DNA of 64,000 nucleotides from Balanoglossus misakiensis. Its lineage: Eukaryota; Animalia; Hemichordata. The position numbers and the translations under genes were made by a program. Below, piece after piece: positions 50,928 through 64,000 of the stretch. Positions within the stretch are counted from its first letter, which is position 1; each line of letters starts with the position of its first letter. The stretch spans positions 7,305,705 through 7,369,704 of the forward strand of contig CM082587.2 in the NCBI GenBank assembly GCA_040954595.2, in the 5' to 3' direction. Below the pieces are notes generated by a model that was not told where the DNA came from, ran no database searches, and worked only from the letters and a program-made list of their open reading frames with translations.

Positions 50928-53900
50928 GATTTTTTTTTAATTGAAGAAATTTTGAAATTTCGCAAAGTCGAAAAATTGTCATTTTTGGATGATTTTCATG
51001 AGCTATAACCCATGATTTTTTTCAAAAATCGAAGAAATTTTGATGTTTCAGAAAGTCGAAAAATGGTCATTTTTTGATGATTTTCATTAGCTATAACCCA
51101 TGATTTTTATCAAGAAATGAAGAAATTTTGATGTTTCGGAAAGTCGAAAAATGGTAATTTTTTGATGATTTTCATGAGCTATAACCCATGATTTTTATCA
51201 AAAATCGAAGAAATTTTGATGTTTCGGAAAGTCGAAAAATGGTCATTTTTTCATGATTTTCAGGAGCTATAACCCATGATTTTTATCAAAATATGAAGAC
51301 ATTTTGATGTTTCGGAAAGTCGAAAAATGGTCATTTTTTGATGATTTTCATGAGCTATAACCCATGATTTTTATCAAAAATCGAAGAAATTTTGATGTTT
51401 CGGAAAGTCGAAAAATGATCATTTTTTCATGATTTTCATGAGCCATAACCCATGATTTTTATCAAAAATCGAAGAAATTTTGATGTTTCGGGAAGTCGAA
51501 AAATGGTCATTTTTTCATGATTTTCATGAGCTATAACCCATGATTTTTATCAAAAAATGAAGAAATTTTGATGTTTTGGGAAGTCGAAAAATGGTCATTT
51601 TTTCATGAATTTCATGAGCTATAACCCATGATTTTTATCAAAAATCGAAGAAATTTTGATGTTTCGGGAAGTCGAAAAATGGTCATTTTTTCATGATTTT
51701 CATGAGCTATAACCCATGATTTTTATCAAAAATCGAAGAAATTTTGATGTTTCGGGAAGTCGAAAAATGGTCATTTTTTCATGATTTTCATGAGCTATAA
51801 CCCATGATTTTTATCAAAAATCGAAGAAATTTTGATGTTTCGGAAAGTCGAAAAATGGTCATTTTTTGATGATTTTCATGAGCTATAACCCATGATTTTT
51901 ATCAAAATATGACGAAATTTTGATGTTTCGGAAAGTCGAAAAATGGTCATTTTTTGATGATTTTCATGAGGTATAACCCATGATTTTTATCAAAAATCGA
52001 AGAAATTTTGATGTTTCGGAAAGTCGAAAAATGGTCATTTTTTCATGATTTTCATGAGCTATGACCCATGATTTTTATCAAAAATCGAAGAAATTTTGAT
52101 GTTTCGGAAAGTCGAAAAATGGTCATTTTTTCATGATTTTCATGAGCTATGACCCATGATTTTTATCAAAACATGAAGAAATTTTGATGTTTCGGAAAGT
52201 CGAAAAATGGTCATTTTTTCATGATTTTCATGAGCTATAACCCATGATTTTTATCAAAAATCGAAGAAATTTTGATGTTTCGGAAAGTCGAAAAATGGTC
52301 ATTTTTTCATGATTTTCATGAGCTATAACCCATGATTTTTATCAAAAATCGAAGAAATTTAGATGTTTCGGAAAGTGGAAAAATGGTCATTTTTTCATGA
52401 TTTTCATGAGCTATAACCCATGATTTTTATCAAAAATCGAAGAAATTTAGATGTTTCGGAAAGTCGAAAAATGGTCATTTTTTCATGATTTTCATGAGCT
52501 ATAATAACCCATGATTTTTATCAAAAATCGAAGAAATTTTGATGTTTCGGAAAGTCGAAAAATGGTCATTTTTTCATGATTTTCATGAGCTATAACCCAT
52601 GATTTTTATCAAAAATCGAAGAAATTTAGATGTTTCGGAAAGTCGAAAAATGGTCATTTTTTCATGATTTTCATGAGCTATAACCCATGATTTTTATCAA
52701 AAATCGAAGAAATTTAGATGTTTCGGAAAGTGGAAAAATGGTCATTTTTTCATGATTTTCATGAGCTATAACCCATGATTTTTATCAAAAATGGAAGAAA
52801 TTTTGATGTTTCGGAAAGTCGAAAAATGGTCATTTTTTCATGATTTTCATGAGCTATATAACCCATGATTTTTATCAAAAATCGAAGAAATTTTGATGTT
52901 TCGGAAAGTCGAAAAATGGTCATTTTTTCATGATTTTCATGAGCTATAACCCATGATTTTTATCAAAAATGGAAGAAATTTTGATGTTTCGGAAAGTCGA
53001 AAAATTGTCATTTTTTCATGATTTTCATGAGCTATAACCCATGATTTTTATCAAAAATCGAAGAAATTTTGATGTTTCGGAAAGTCGAAAAATGGTCATT
53101 TTTTCATGATTTTCATGAGCTATAACCCATGATTTTTATCAAAATATGAAGAAATTTTGATGTTTCGGAAAGTCGAAAAATGGTCATTTTTTCATGATTT
53201 TCATGAGCTATAACCCATGATTTTTATCAAAAATGGAAGAAATTTTGATGTTTCGGAAAGTCGAAAAATGGTCATTTTTTCATGATTTTCATGAGCTATA
53301 ACCCATGATTTTTATCAAAAATGGAAGAAATTTTGATGTTTCGGAAAGTCGAAAAATGGTCATTTTTTCATGATTTTCATGAGCTATAACCCATGATTTT
53401 TATCAAAAATCGAAGAAATTTTGATGTTTCGGAAAGTCGAAAAATGGTCATTTTTTCATGATTTTCATGAGCTATAACCCATGATTTTTATCAAAAATCG
53501 AAGAAATTTTGATGTTTCGGGAAGTCGAAAAATGGTCATTTTTTCATGATTTTCATGAGCTATGACCCATGATTTTTATCAAAACATGAAGAAATTTTGA
53601 TGTTTCGGAAAGTCGAAAAATGGTCATTTTTTCATGATTTTCATGAGCTATAACCCATGATTTTTATCAAAAATCGAAGAAATTTTGATGTTTCGGAAAG
53701 TCGAAAAATGGTCATTTTTTCATGATTTTCATGAGCTATAACCCATGATTTTTATCAAAAATCGAAGAAATTTAGATGTTTCGGAAAGTGGAAAAATGGT
53801 CATTTTTTCATGATTTTCATGAGCTATAACCCATGATTTTTATCAAAAATCGAAGAAATTTAGATGTTTCGGAAAGTGGAAAAATGGTCATTTTTTCATG

Positions 53901-56900
53901 ATTTTCATGAGCTATAACCCATGATTTTTATCAAAAATCGAAGAAATTTAGATGTTTCGGAAAGTGGAAAAATGGTCATTTTTTCATGATTTTCATGAGC
54001 TATAACCCATGATTTTTATCAAAAATGGAAGAAATTTTGATGTTTCGGAAAGTCGAAAAATGGTCATTTTTTCATGATTTTCATGAGCTATAACCCATGA
54101 TTTTTATCAAAAATCGAAGAAATTTTGATGTTTCGGAAAGTCGAAAAATGGTCATTTTTTCATGATTTTCATGAGCTATAACCCATGATTTTTATCAAAA
54201 TATGAAGAAATTTTGATGTTTCGGAAAGTCGAAAAATGGTCATTTTTTCATGATTTCCATGAGCTATAACCCATGATTTTTATCAAAAATCGAAGAAATT
54301 TTGATGTTTCGGGAAGTCGAAAAATGGTCATTTTTTCATGATTTTCATGAGCTATAACCCATGATTATTATCAAAAATCGAAGAAATTTTGATGTTTCGG
54401 AAAGTCGAAAAATGGTCATTTTTTCATGATTTTCATGAGCTATAACCCATGATTTTTATCAAAAATCGAAGAAATTTTGATGTATCGGAAAGTCGAAAAA
54501 TGGTCATTTTTTCATGATTTTCATGAGCTATAACCCATGATTTTTATCAAAAATCGAAGAAATTTTGATGTTTCGGAAAGTCGAAAAATGGTCATTTTTT
54601 CATGATTTTCATGAGCTATAACCCATGATTTTTATCAAAAATCGAAGAAATTTTGATGTTTCGATAAGTCGAAAAATGGTCATTTTTTCATGATTTTCAT
54701 GAGCTATAACCCATGATTTTTATTAAAAATCGAAGAAATTTTGATGTTTCGGAAAGTCGAAAAATGGTCATTTTTTCATGATTTTCATGAGCTATAACCC
54801 ATGATTTTTATCAAAAATCGAAGAAATTATGATGTTTCGGAAAGTGGAAAAATGGTCATTTTTTCATGATTTTCATGAGCTATAACCCATGATTTTTATC
54901 AAAATATGAAGAAATTTTGATATTTCGGGAAGTCGAAAAATGTTCATTTTTTCATGATTTTCATGAGCTATAACCCATGATTTTTATCAAAATATGAAGA
55001 AATTTTGATGTTTCGGGAAGTCGAAAAATGTTCATTTTTTCATGATTTTCATGAGCTATAACCCATGATTTTTATCAAAAATCGAAGAAATTTTGATGTT
55101 TCGGAAAGTCGAAAAATGGTCATTTTTTCATGATTTTAATGAGCTATAACCCATGATTTTTATCAAAAATCGAAGAAATTTTGATGTTTCGGAAAGTCGA
55201 AAAATGGTCATTTTTTCATGATTTTCATGAGCTATAACCCATGATTTTTATCAAAAATCGAAGAAATTTTGATGTTTCGGAAAGTCGAAAAATGGTCATT
55301 TTTTCATGATTTTCATGAGCTATAACCCATGATTTTTATCAAAATATGAAGAAATTTTGATGTTTCGGAAAGTCGAAAAATGGTCATTTTTTCATGATTT
55401 TCATGAGCTATAACCCATGATTTTTATCAAAAATGGAAGAAATTTTGATGTTTCGGAAAGTCGAAAAATTGTCATTTTTTCATGATTTTCATGAGCTATA
55501 ACCCATGATTTTTATCAAAAATCGAAGAAATTTTGATGTTTCGGAAAGTCGAAAAATGGTCATTTTTTCATGATTTTCATGAGCTATAACCCATGATTTT
55601 TATCAAAAATGGAAGAAATTTTGATGTTTCGGAAAGTCGAAAAATTGTCATTTTTTCATGATTTTCATGAGCTATAACCCATGATTTTTATCAAAAATCG
55701 AAGAAATTTTGATGTTTCGGAAAGTCGAAAAATGGTCATTTTTTCATGATTTTCATGAGCTATAACCCATGATTTTTATCAAAATATGAAGAAATTTTGA
55801 TGTTTCGGAAAGTCGAAAAATGGTCATTTTTTCATGATTTTCATGAGCTATAACCCATGATTTTTATCAAAAATGGAAGAAATTTTGATGTTTCGGAAAG
55901 TCGAAAAATGGTCATTTTTTCATGATTTTCATGAGCTATAACCCATGATTTTTATCAAAAATCGAAGAAATTTTGATGTTTCGGTAAGTCGAAAAATGGT
56001 CATTTTTTCATGATTTTCATGAGCTATAACCCATGATTTTTATCAAAAATCGAAGAAATTTTGATGTTTCGGAAAGTCGAAAAATGGTCATTTTTTCATG
56101 ATTTTCATGAGCTATGACCCATGATTTTTATCAAAAATCGAAGAAATTTTGATGTTTCGGGAAGTCGAAAAATGGTCATTTTTTCATGATTTTCATGAGC
56201 TATGACCCATGATTTTTATCAAAACATGAAGAAATTTTGATGTTTCGGAAAGTCGAAAAATGGTCATTTTTTCATGATTTTCATGAGCTATAACCCATGA
56301 TTTTTATCAAAAATCGAAGAAATTTTGATGTTTCGGAAAGTCGAAAAGTGGTCATTTTTTCATGATTTTCATGAGCTATAACCCATGATTTTTATCAAAA
56401 ATCGAAGAAATTTAGATGTTTCGGAAAGTGGAAAAATGGTCATTTTTTCATGATTTTCATGAGCTATAACCCATGATTTTTATCAAAAATCGAAGAAATT
56501 TAGATGTTTCGGAAAGTGGAAAAATGGTCATTTTTTCATGATTTTCATGAGCTATAACCCATGATTTTTATCAAAAATCGAAGAAATTTAGATGTTTCGG
56601 AAAGTGGAAAAATGGTCATTTTTTCATGATTTTCATGAGCTATAACCCATGATTTTTATCAAAAATCGAAGAAATTTAGATGTTTCGGAAAGTGGAAAAA
56701 TGGTCATTTTTTCATGATTTTCATGAGCTATAACCCATGATTATTATCAAAAATCGAAGAAATTTTGATGTTTCGGAAAGTCGAAAAATGGTCATTTTTT
56801 CATGATTTTCATGAGCTATAACCCATGATTTTTATCAAAAATCGAAGAAATTTTGATGTATCGGAAAGTCGAAAAATGGTCATTTTTTCATGATTTTCAT

Positions 56901-59900
56901 GAGCTATAACCCATGATTTTTATCAAAAATCGAAGAAATTTTGATGTTTCGGAAAGTCGAAAAATGGTCATTTTTTCATGATTTTCATGAGCTATAACCC
57001 ATGATTTTTATCAAAAATCGAAGAAATTTTGATGTTTCGATAAGTCGAAAAATGGTCATTTTTTCATGATTTTCATGAGCTATAACCCATGATTTTTATT
57101 AAAAATCGAAGAAATTTTGATGTTTCGGAAAGTCGAAAAATGGTCATTTTTTCATGATTTTCATGAGCTATAACCCATGATTTTTATCAAAAATCGAAGA
57201 AATTATGATGTTTCGGAAAGTGGAAAAATGGTCATTTTTTCATGATTTTCATGAGCTATAACCCATGATTTTTATCAAAATATGAAGAAATTTTGATATT
57301 TCGGGAAGTCGAAAAATCTTCATTTTTTCATGATTTTCATGAGCTATAACCCATGATTTTTATCAAAATATGAAGAAATTTTGATGTTTCGGGAAGTCGA
57401 AAAATGTTCATTTTTTCATGATTTTCATGAGCTATAACCCATGATTTTTATCAAAAATCGAAGAAATTTTGATGTTTCGGAAAGTCGAAAAATGGTCATT
57501 TTTTCATGATTTTAATGAGCTATAACCCATGATTTTTATCAAAAATCGAAGAAATTTAGATGTTTCGGAAAGTGGAAAAATGGTCATTTTTTCATGATTT
57601 TCATGAGCTATAACCCATGATTTTTATCAAAAATCGAAGAAATTTAGATGTTTCGGAAAGTGGAAAAATGGTCATTTTTTCATGATTTTCATGAGCTATA
57701 ACCCATGATTTTTATCAAAAATGGAAGAAATTTTGATGTTTCGGAAAGTCGAAAAATTGTCATTTTTTCATGATTTTCATGAGCTATAACCCATGATTTT
57801 TATCAAAAATCGAAGAAATTTTGATGTTTCGGAAAGTCGAAAAATGGTCATTTTTTCATGATTTTCATGAGCTATAACCCATGATTTTTATCAAAATATG
57901 AAGAAATTTTGATGTTTCGGAATGTCGAAAAATGGTCATTTTTTCATGATTTCCATGAGCTATAACCCATGATTTTTATCAAAAATCGAAGAAATTTTGA
58001 TGTTTCGGGAAGTCGAAAAATGGTCATTTTTTCATGATTTTCATGAGCTATAACCCATGATTATTATCAAAAATCGAAGAAATTTTGATGTTTCGGAAAG
58101 TCGAAAAATGGTCATTTTTTCATGATTTTCATGAGCTATAACCCATGATTTTTATCAAAAATCGAAAAAATTTTGATGTATCGGAAAGTCGAAAAATGGT
58201 CATTTTTTCATGATTTTCATGAGCTATAACCCATGATTTTTATCAAAAATCGAAGAAATTTTGATGTTTCGGAAAGTCGAAAAATGGTCATTTTTTCATG
58301 ATTTTCATGAGCTATAACCCATGATTTTTATCAAAAATCGAAGAAATTTTGATGTTTCGAGAAGTCGAAAAATGGTCATTTTTTCATGATTTTCATGAGC
58401 TATAACCCATGATTTTTATCAAAAATCGAAGAAATTATGATGTTTCGGAAAGTGGAAAAATGGTCATTTTTTCATGATTTTCATGAGCTATAACCCATGA
58501 TTTTTATCAAAATATGAAGAAATTTTGATATTTCGGGAAGTCGAAAAATGTTCATTTTTTCATGATTTTCATGAGCTATAACCCATGATTTTTATCAAAA
58601 ATCGAAGAAATTTTGATGTTTCGGAAAGTCGAAAAATGGTCATTTTTTCATGATTTTCATGAGCTATAACCCATGATTTTTATCAAAAATCGAAGAAATT
58701 TTGATGTTTCGGAAAGTCGAAAAATGGTCATTTTTTCATGATTTTCATGAGCTATAACCCATGATTTTTATCAAAAATCGAAGAAATTTTGATGTTTCGG
58801 AAAGTCGAAAAATGGTCATTTTTTCATGATTTTCATGAGCTATAACCCATGATTTTTATCAAAAATCGAAGAAATTTTGATGTTTCGGAAAGTCGAAAAA
58901 TGGTCATTTTTTCATGATTTTCATGAGCTATAACCCATGATTTTTATCAAAATATGAAGAAATTTTGATGTTTCGGAAAGTCGAAAAATGGTCATTTTTT
59001 CATGATTTTCATGAGCTATAACCCATGATTTTTATCAAAAATGGAAGAAATTTTGATGTTTCGGAAAGTCGAAAAATGGTCATTTTTTCATGATTTTCAT
59101 GAGCTATAACCCATGATTTTTATCAAAAATCGAAGAAATTTTGATGTTTCGGAAAGTCGAAAAATGGTCATTTTTTCATGATTTTCATGAGCTATAACCC
59201 ATGATTTTTATCAAAAATCGAAGAAATTTTGATGTTTCGGAAAGTCGAAAAATGGTCATTTTTTCATGATTTTCATGAGCTATGACCCATGATTTTTATC
59301 AAAAATCGAAGAAATTTTGATGTTTCGGGAAGTCGAAAAATGGTCATTTTTTCATGATTTTCATGAGCTATGACCCATGATTTTTATCAAAACATGAAGA
59401 AATTTTGATGTTTCGGAAAGTCGAAAAATGGTCATTTTTTCATGATTTTCATGAGCTATAACCCATGATTTTTATCAAAAATCGAAGAAATTTTGATGTT
59501 TCGGAAAGTCGAAAAGTGGTCATTTTTTCATGATTTTCATGAGCTATAACCCATGATTTTTATCAAAAATCGAAGAAATTTAGATGTTTCGGAAAGTGGA
59601 AAAATGGTCATTTTTTCATGATTTTCATGAGCTATAACCCATGATTTTTATCAAAAATCGAAGAAATTTAGATGTTTCGGAAAGTGGAAAAATGGTCATT
59701 TTTTCATGATTTTCATGAGCTATAACCCATGATTTTTATCAAAAATCGAAGAAATTTAGATGTTTCGGAAAGTGGAAAAATGGTCATTTTTTCATGATTT
59801 TCATGAGCTATAACCCATGATTTTTATCAAAAATCGAAGAAATTTAGATGTTTCGGAAAGTGGAAAAATGGTCATTTTTTCATGATTTTCATGAGCTATA

Positions 59901-62900
59901 ACCCATGATTATTATCAAAAATCGAAGAAATTTTGATGTTTCGGAAAGTCGAAAAATGGTCATTTTTTCATGATTTTCATGAGCTATAACCCATGATTTT
60001 TATCAAAAATCGAAGAAATTTTGATGTATCGGAAAGTCGAAAAATGGTCATTTTTTCATGATTTTCATGAGCTATAACCCATGATTTTTATCAAAAATGG
60101 AAGAAATTTTGATGTTTCGGAAAGTCGAAAAATGGTCATTTTTTCATGATTTTCATGAGCTATAACCCATGATTTTTATCAAAAATCGAAGAAATTTTGA
60201 TGTTTCGATAAGTCGAAAAATGGTCATTTTTTCATGATTTTCATGAGCTATAACCCATGATTTTTATTAAAAATCGAAGAAATTTTGATGTTTCGGAAAG
60301 TCGAAAAATGGTCATTTTTTCATGATTTTCATGAGCTATAACCCATGATTTTTATCAAAAATCGAAGAAATTATGATGTTTCGGAAAGTGGAAAAATGGT
60401 CATTTTTTCATGATTTTCATGAGCTATAACCCATGATTTTTATCAAAATATGAAGAAATTTTGATATTTCGGGAAGTCGAAAAATCTTCATTTTTTCATG
60501 ATTTTCATGAGCTATAACCCATGATTTTTATCAAAATATGAAGAAATTTTGATGTTTCGGGAAGTCGAAAAATGTTCATTTTTTCATGATTTTCATGAGC
60601 TATAACCCATGATTTTTATCAAAAATCGAAGAAATTTTGATGTTTCGGAAAGTCGAAAAATGGTCATTTTTTCATGATTTTAATGAGCTATAACCCATGA
60701 TTTTTATCAAAAATCGAAGAAATTTAGATGTTTCGGAAAGTGGAAAAATGGTCATTTTTTCATGATTTTCATGAGCTATAACCCATGATTTTTATCAAAA
60801 ATCGAAGAAATTTAGATGTTTCGGAAAGTGGAAAAATGGTCATTTTTTCATGATTTTCATGAGCTATAACCCATGATTTTTATCAAAAATGGAAGAAATT
60901 TTGATGTTTCGGAAAGTCGAAAAATTGTCATTTTTTCATGATTTTCATGAGCTATAACCCATGATTTTTATCAAAAATCGAAGAAATTTTGATGTTTCGG
61001 AAAGTCGAAAAATGGTCATTTTTTCATGATTTTCATGAGCTATAACCCATGATTTTTATCAAAATATGAAGAAATTTTGATGTTTCGGAATGTCGAAAAA
61101 TGGTCATTTTTTCATGATTTCCATGAGCTATAACCCATGATTTTTATCAAAAATCGAAGAAATTTTGATGTTTCGGAAAGTCGAAAAATGGTCATTTTGT
61201 CATGATTTTCATGAGCTATAACCCATGATTATTATCAAAAATCGAAGAAATTTTGATGTTTCGGAAAGTCGAAAAATGGTCATTTTTTCATGATTTTCAT
61301 GAGCTATAACCCATGATTTTTATCAAAAATCGAAAAAATTTTGATGTATCGGAAAGTCGAAAAATGGTCATTTTTTCATGATTTTCATGAGCTATAACCC
61401 ATGATTTTTATCAAAAATCGAAGAAATTTTGATGTTTCGGAAAGTCGAAAAATGGTAATTTTTTCATGATTTTCATGAGCTATAACCCATGATTTTTATC
61501 AAAAATCGAAGAAATTTTGATGTTTCGAGAAGTCGAAAAATGGTCATTTTTTCATGATTTTCATGAGCTATAACCCATGATTTTTATCAAAAATCGAAGA
61601 AATTATGATGTTTCGGAAAGTGGAAAAATGGTCATTTTTTCATGATTTTCATGAGCTATAACCCATGATTTTTATCAAAATATGAAGAAATTTTGATATT
61701 TCGGGAAGTCGAAAAATGTTCATTTTTTCATGATTTTCATGAGCTATAACCCATGATTTTTATCAAAAATCGAAGAAATTTTGATGTTTCGGAAAGTCGA
61801 AAAATGGTCATTTTTTCATGATTTTCATGAGCTATAACCCATGATTTTTATCAAAAATCGAAGAAATTTTGATGTTTCGGAAAGTCGAAAAATGGTCATT
61901 TTTTCATGATTTTCATGAGCTATAACCCATGATTTTTATCAAAAATCGAAGAAATTTTGATGTTTCGGAAAGTCGAAAAATGGTCATTTTTTCATGATTT
62001 TCATGAGCTATAACCCATGATTTTTATCAAAAATCGAAGAAATTTTGATGTTTCGGAAAGTCGAAAAATGGTCATTTTTTCATGATTTTCATGAGCTATA
62101 ACCCATGATTTTTATCAAAAATCGAAGAAATTTTGATGTTTCGGAAAGTCGAAAAATGGTCATTTTTTCATGATTTTCATGAGCTATAACCCATGATTTT
62201 TATCAAAAATCGAAGAAATTTTGATGTTTCGGAAAGTCGAAAAATGGTCATTTTTTCATGATTTTCATGAGCTATAACCCATGATTTTTATCAAAAATCG
62301 AAGAAATTTTGATGTTTCGGAAAGTCGAAAAATGGTCATTTTTTCATGATTTTCATGAGCTATAACCCATGATTTTTATCAAAATATGAAGAAATTTTGA
62401 TGTTTCGGAAAGTCGAAAAATGGTCATTTTTTCATGATTTTCATGAGCTATAACCCATGATTTTTATCAAAATATGAAGAAATTTTGATGTTTCGGAAAG
62501 TCGAAAAATGGTCATTTTTTCATGATTTTCATGAGCTATAACCCATGATTATTATCAAAAATCGAAGAAATTTTGATGTTTCGGAAAGTCGAAAAATGGT
62601 CATTTTTTTGATGATTTTCATGAGCTATAACCCATGATTATTATCAAAAATCGAAGAAATTTTGATGTTTCGGAAAGTCGAAAAATGGTCATTTTTTCAT
62701 GATTTTCATGAGCTATAACCCATGATTTTTATCAAAAATCGAAGAAATTTTGATGTTTCGGAAAGTCGAAAAATGGTCATTTTTTCATGATTTTCATGAG
62801 CTATAACCCATGATTTTTATCAAAAATCGAAGAAATTTTGATGTATCGGAAAGTCGAAAAATGGTCATTTTTTCATGATTTTCATGAGCTATAACCCATG

Positions 62901-64000
62901 ATTTTTATCAAAAATCGAAGAAATTTTGATGTTTCGGAAAGTCGAAAAATGGTCATTTTTTCATGATTTTCATGAGCTATAACCCATGATTTTTATCAAA
63001 AATCGAAGAAATTTTGATGTTTCGGAAAGTCGAAAAATGGTCATTTTTTCATGATTTTCATGAGCTATAACCCATGATTTTTATTAAAAATCGAAGAAAT
63101 TTTGATGTTTCGGAAAGTGGAAAAATGGTCATTTTTTCATGATTTTCATGAGCTATAACCCATGATTTTTGTCGAAAAGTGAAGAAATTTTGAACTTTGG
63201 CAAAGTCGAAAAATTGTCATTTTTGGATGATTTCCAAGAGCTATAACCCATGATTTTTGTCAAAAATCGAAGAAATTTTGATGTTTCGGAAAGTCGAAAA
63301 ATGGTCATTTTTTCATGTTTTTCATGAGCTATAACCCATGATTTTTATCAAAAATCGAAGAAATTTTGATGTTTCGGAAAGTCGAAAAATGGTCATTTTT
63401 TCATGATTTTCATGAGCTATAACCCATGATTTTTATCAAAAATCGAAGAAATTTTGATGTTTCGGAAAGTCGAAAAATGGTCTTTTTTCATGATTTTCAT
63501 AAGCTATAACCCATGATTTTTATCAAAATATGAAGAAATTTTGATGTTTCGGAAAGTCGAAAAAAGGTCATTTTTTCATGATTTTCATGAGCTATAACCC
63601 ATGATTTTTATCAAAAATCGAAGAAATTTTGATGTTTCGGAAAGTCGAAAAATGGTCATTTTTTCATGATTTTCATGAGCTATAACCCATGATTTTTATC
63701 AAAAATCGAAGAAATTTTGATGTTTCGGAAAGTGGAAAAATGGTCATTTTTTCATGATTTTCATGAGCTATAACCCATGATTTTTATCAAAAATCGAAGA
63801 AATTTTGATGTTTCGGAAAGTGGAAAAATGGTCATTTTTTCATGATTTTCATGAGCTATAACCCATGATTTTTATCAAAAATCGAAGAAATTTTGATGTT
63901 TCGGAAAGTCGAAAAATGGTCTTTTTTTCATGATTTTCATGAGCTATAACCCATGATTTTTATCAAAATATGAAGAAATTTTGATGTTTCGGAAAGTCGA
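50925..64000. repeat. Satellite DNA array, 88-bp monomer, ~148 copies, continues past the window end
   Basis: Consensus ATAACCCATGATTTTTATCAAAAATCGAAGAAATTTTGATGTTTCGGAAAGTCGAAAAATGGTCATTTTTTCATGATTTTCATGAGCT; period checked (51181 to 51269). Confidence 0.99.

Noticed and set aside
50616-51008. MYVC/HTYI repeat ORFs (and similar HSFI/HSLT and SL-repeat ORFs near 12900 and 40600)
   Set aside because: These are translations of microsatellites.
51181-51268. CENP-B box or telomeric repeat in the monomer
   Set aside because: TTCGGAAAGTCGAAA lacks the required TTCGnnnnAnnCGGG spacing; TAACCC occurs once per 88 bp, not in tandem.
50925-64000. CRISPR-like array
   Set aside because: Units are head-to-tail with no unique spacers, there are no cas genes, and the context is eukaryotic.

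Overview
Intron-rich animal genomic DNA, probably a marine invertebrate (taxon inferred, not proven). In order: the 3' part of an ABCA2-type ABC transporter (+, 146-17715, including a small terminal exon the ORF track misses); a complete valyl-tRNA synthetase (-, 22486-32657) with a candidate mitochondrial presequence; head-to-head GCLM (+, 33042-36395) with a near-perfect intronic ARE; an SLC16/MCT transporter (-, 38395-41379); and two tandem, intron-containing but bacterial-looking group II PLP decarboxylases (-, 42942-45795 complete; 47370-50293 exons 5-8 only). Copy 2 has lost the catalytic-loop Tyr, its introns are filled with mobile DNA, and its intron 4 runs into a >13 kb 88-bp satellite with higher-order structure. 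The most unusual signal is three sequence-divergent intronic elements sharing one architecture: an inverted-repeat-bounded body plus a long hairpin with a polarised conserved loop and symmetric CTCG mismatches. Splice sites and repeat offsets were read by eye; homology calls come from recognised motifs, not database searches.
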